Below, piece after piece: positions 60,590 through 64,000 of a stretch of 64,000 nucleotides of DNA (the stretch's first letter is position 1; each line of letters begins with the position of its first letter). The stretch spans positions 620,001 through 684,000 of the forward strand of contig MU054032.1 in assembly GCA_013239625.1 (NCBI GenBank), given 5' to 3'. Origin of the DNA: Lama guanicoe. Lineage: Eukaryota. The position numbers were made by a program, and so were the translations under genes. The notes under the pieces are model-generated. The model made no database searches. It was not told the origin of the DNA and saw only the letters and a program-made list of their open reading frames with translations.

Positions 60590-61160
60590 AAAATATTTGT
60601 GGATTGCTTACCATGTGCCAGCTACCATTGGTACTGGGGATACAGCAATGAACATAGCAGGCAAAAATCTTGCTGTCATGGAGGTTATATTTTACTGGGG
60701 GAAGGGACAATAAATAAGTGAAGTTTATTGATGTATGTCAAATAATGATAAGGTTTGTAAAGAAAAATAAGAACAAGGAGTACAGTGGTAAGAAGGTATT
60801 TGAAATAGGATGTAGGGGAAGGGCTCATTGAGAAGGTGATGTTTAAGCAAAGACTTGAAGGAGGTAGAAGAGTGAGCCTTGTGCAAAGTATTAATAAGAG
60901 AACCTTAGAGGTGCTCATTAGGACTCTGGCTTTTTACCCTTAATGAGATAGGAAACCCATGGAGGATTTCTGACTAGAAGAATGACATATTCTGACTTAA
61001 ATTGTCGGAATCACTCTGACTACCTTGCTGAGAATAAACTGTAATGAGGCTCAAAGGCTGAAGAGTTTTTACGATAGTATGTGTGAAAGACAAAAAGGGG
61101 TTAGATTCTGGATATATTTTGAAGGTAGAGCCAACAGGATTTGCCAATAATTGGATTCCA
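60590..61160 (-). mobile_element. L2 LINE fragment
   Basis: gcttaccatgtgccag...ctggggatacagcaatgaac...; ttagattctggatatattttgaaggtagagccaacaggatttgcc. Confidence 0.65.
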
Positions 61161-61344
61161 GGAAGTGAAAAAGCCTTTGGTATAAGTGGAAGAATAAAAA
61201 GGCCAAAGAAGGAATCTCAGTGAATATCAGTATTTACAGGGTTGGGTGGAAGAAGAGCTAGCAAGGAGGCTGAGGAGGAAAGGTAAGAGGAAAATGGTAA
61301 GAGAGACAGAGTGTGCATGAGAGCAGTGCCGCATTTTGGTTGGT

Positions 61345-61570
61345 AAGACTGGGCTTGAATTGGAGAGACCTGAGCTGGCGTATTGGCTCTGCTGTTTTCT
61401 GGCTGGGTGATTTTTAAGCAAATTACTGAGTTTCTTTAAGCCTCATTTTCTTGTTTTATGAAATGGGCTCATAGTACCAACCACATGATGTTGTAAAGAT
61501 TAAATGAGGAACATACATTAAAAGTACTTAGCCCTTTTCCTGGCACGTATTGGTACTTGAAATTTTAGTT
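61345..61570 (+). mobile_element. MIR SINE
   Basis: agacctgag...ggctgggtga...agcaaattact...aagcctcattttc...aaatggg...gttgtaaagattaaatgag...ctggcacgta. Confidence 0.65.
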
Positions 61571-61681
61571 TCTATCATATGAAATGTTATAAATGATGTA
61601 AAATGTCTCTGTCCTGAAATGTTTACAAACCAGGTTGAGAGATAACAGATGAAAAAGATTTGAATCAAAAATCAAGATTAG

Positions 61682-61925
61682 ATAAATTGGTGGGGGTTTG
61701 AGATTTGCAGATACTAACTAATATATATAAAATAGATAAACAACAAGTTCATACTGTATAGCACAGGGAACTGTATTCAATATCTTGTAACTTATGGTGA
61801 AGAGAATATGAAAATGAATATATGTATGTTCATGTATAACTGAAACATTATGCTGTATACCAGAACTCACACAACATTATAAACTGACTATACTTCAATA
61901 AAAAAAATATATATATATACCAAAA
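61682..61925 (+). mobile_element. 5'-truncated L1 3' end with 15-bp TSD
   Basis: aaaatagataaacaacaag...tatagcacagggaac...aataaaaaaa; TSD AAAAATCAAGATTAG at 61667-61681 and 61926-61940. Confidence 0.85.
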
Positions 61926-63779
61926 AAAAATCAAGATTAGTAGAAATCACAGGGCTATGAATGAGTAATGTCAAATGTATTTTGTAGTCAGTTGATTGGT
62001 CCTTTCTCTGTTGGTTGGCTAGGTAGAATGAAAGGTACCTTGTTAATACTGAAAAATAATATTTTTAGATTGATACTAAAAATTTAACTTTTGAATAGGT
62101 AATTCATGCACAAGTTCACAATTCTGAAGGTAATAAGAGTATATAGTAAAAAATTTCCCTCCTATACTTGTCCTCAACAAACTCCTTAAACTAGTGTTAA
62201 TTTAGCTCTTTCCTCGTCCAGGCATCTTATGTATACACATTATATGGGGGGGTGCATATTATTTTTCACATTAATGTTAGTATCCTGTATACAGTGTTCT
62301 ATAGCTTGGTTTTTAAAAATAGCCTTACTGAGGTACAATTTCACATACTGTGCAATTCATTCAGTATACCTTGCTTTTAAAATATGTTCTTTTAAAATAT
62401 TTTGAAGTCAAATGCATATAAAAATGGGTAGGATTTGATATTATAAGTTCTTATTTGAGACTTTAAAAGGATTTTGTCCTACTATTAACGTAATTGTGTC
62501 AAAATGTGTAAAACGACTTCATCTTTAGCTATTTTGTTTTTACTCATCTATTTCCCTTTTGAAATAATGTCCCAGTATAGGAGCAGAACCTACAATGTAA
62601 TAACTAAAGTAATACAACATGGTATAAAAACTGTATGTAACACTCTTATATGACCAGAAAGGGAATATGAAGGTGCTGAGAAGACTGCTTAATAAGCCAG
62701 AGATCTGAGATTTGGGACTGAGAACCAGTGGAGGCTGAGATTTCAATGACCAAAGGCAACGGCAAGGTCAGTGGTCAGCAGTGGTAGATGCTATCCACAC
62801 TAAACAACCAGTTGTACCAGTCTGTCAGCTTCAAATCTACCAGATCAGCACCCTATGCAGAAACCATCACTGTCTGTTTCCTTGTCGTCTGGAAATTTTT
62901 GTAAACTTTTGCCTATGTCTAGGCACAATTTGGGGAAGGAAGGAACAACTCTATTAGAAAGTTGAATTTTGAATTGCCTGAATATTTGCATTCCTTTTTT
63001 GTAGGTGGTCTTAATGTTGCTTAAACCAGCAAAAGAAAAAAGGAATGGAGTCTTCTGAGGAAGATTAGAAGTTACAGGAAATAAAGAAGCTGTATTGCTT
63101 TGTAAACAACCAACCAACACCCTCTAAACACACGCACATGCGCGCGCGCACACACACACCAAATAACCCAAATGATATATTTAAAATGTTAGGTGATCCC
63201 TAAGTCCTGGGGTTACATAATAAGGCTTTTACTTTCTTCTGTACTTTTCAGAATTGTCAAACTATTTGGCGGTGAATGTAATACTTTTATAACAAATCAA
63301 CAAAACTCTTAAACTAAAATCAGAAGACTTGTTCTCCAGGAAACTGAAAGAAAATAAAGTACCAATATAGGAAAGATTGAATCTTACTTAAGAAATGGAT
63401 CTTAGAGATCACTTACAGTCTAGATTCTAGATTAATACTATTCAAGGTATGGTCTGTAGGCCAGTGCTTTTTAGTGAAAAGTAAAAAAATAAAAATAGAA
63501 AATTGAGTAAACTTTTAGAAACTTCTTCAGCAGTTTGACATCACTGCTACATCCAAGTGTATGATCATTTTTCAAGTAACGGTTTTATTGTTCCATAAAA
63601 GTGTTGGTTCACAACCTGGCTGAAATATTATAAAAAGTTGGTAGCCCTATCAGTCTACCTATTTTAAAATATATCAATCAATAAATAAAAATATAGCAAT
63701 CTGAAATTCAAAAATCTGAGAAGCAATGATTATCCAATCTTGTCTAACCCTTCATCTAGTATCTAACACTTATAAAGTG

Positions 63780-63985
63780 CTTGTTAGCTGCCAAGCACTA
63801 TTCTAAATGCCTTATAAGTATTCACTGGTTTAATCTTCAAAACAGCTGTATGTTATGGGTACTGTTGCATTATTCCCATTTTGTAGGAAACTGAAGCACA
63901 CAGAGGTTAAGTTACTCACCCATGGTTATTCAGCTGTAAGTGGTAAAGCTGAAATTTGAACCCAAGGTAGTCTGAGGCCATGTTA
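63780..63985 (-). mobile_element. MIR SINE
   Basis: tgccaagcactattctaa...attcccatttt...ggaaactgaagcacacagaggttaagttac...tttgaacccaagg. Confidence 0.75.
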
Positions 63986-64000
63986 TGCTATGCATACACT

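Overview
Mammalian genomic DNA, very probably a camelid: at least seven tRNA-Ala-derived SINEs match the camelid vic-1 type. The window is the conserved gene block syntenic to human 12q13.2. In order: 5' CpG end of DGKA (minus, non-coding part only, inferred from synteny); PYM1/WIBG (+, 3 coding exons, 203 aa); about 17 kb of repeat-rich intergenic DNA; MMP19 (+, 9 exons, 547 aa); TMEM198B (minus, 4 coding exons, intact 350/351 aa ORF); DNAJC14 (+, 6 coding exons, 703 aa); ORMDL2 (minus, 3 coding exons, 153 aa); and SARNP exon 1 (+). All five complete CDS models were joined by hand at GT-AG sites and keep frame to a stop codon. I see no evidence of a wholly new biological system. The most interesting observations are an intact TMEM198B (a pseudogene in human) preceded by a three-frame ATGGATGGATG uORF cassette, a non-coding homologue of the human PYM1 'MEAAGS' first exon, a GC3/CpG-enriched PYM1 3' end, an expanded Ser/Thr tail on MMP19, a MIR-derived poly(A) signal, an ORMDL2 M17L change, a tail-only retro-insertion with a perfect TSD, and nested transposons. 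Comparisons with human or mouse orthologues are from memory and need alignment to confirm.
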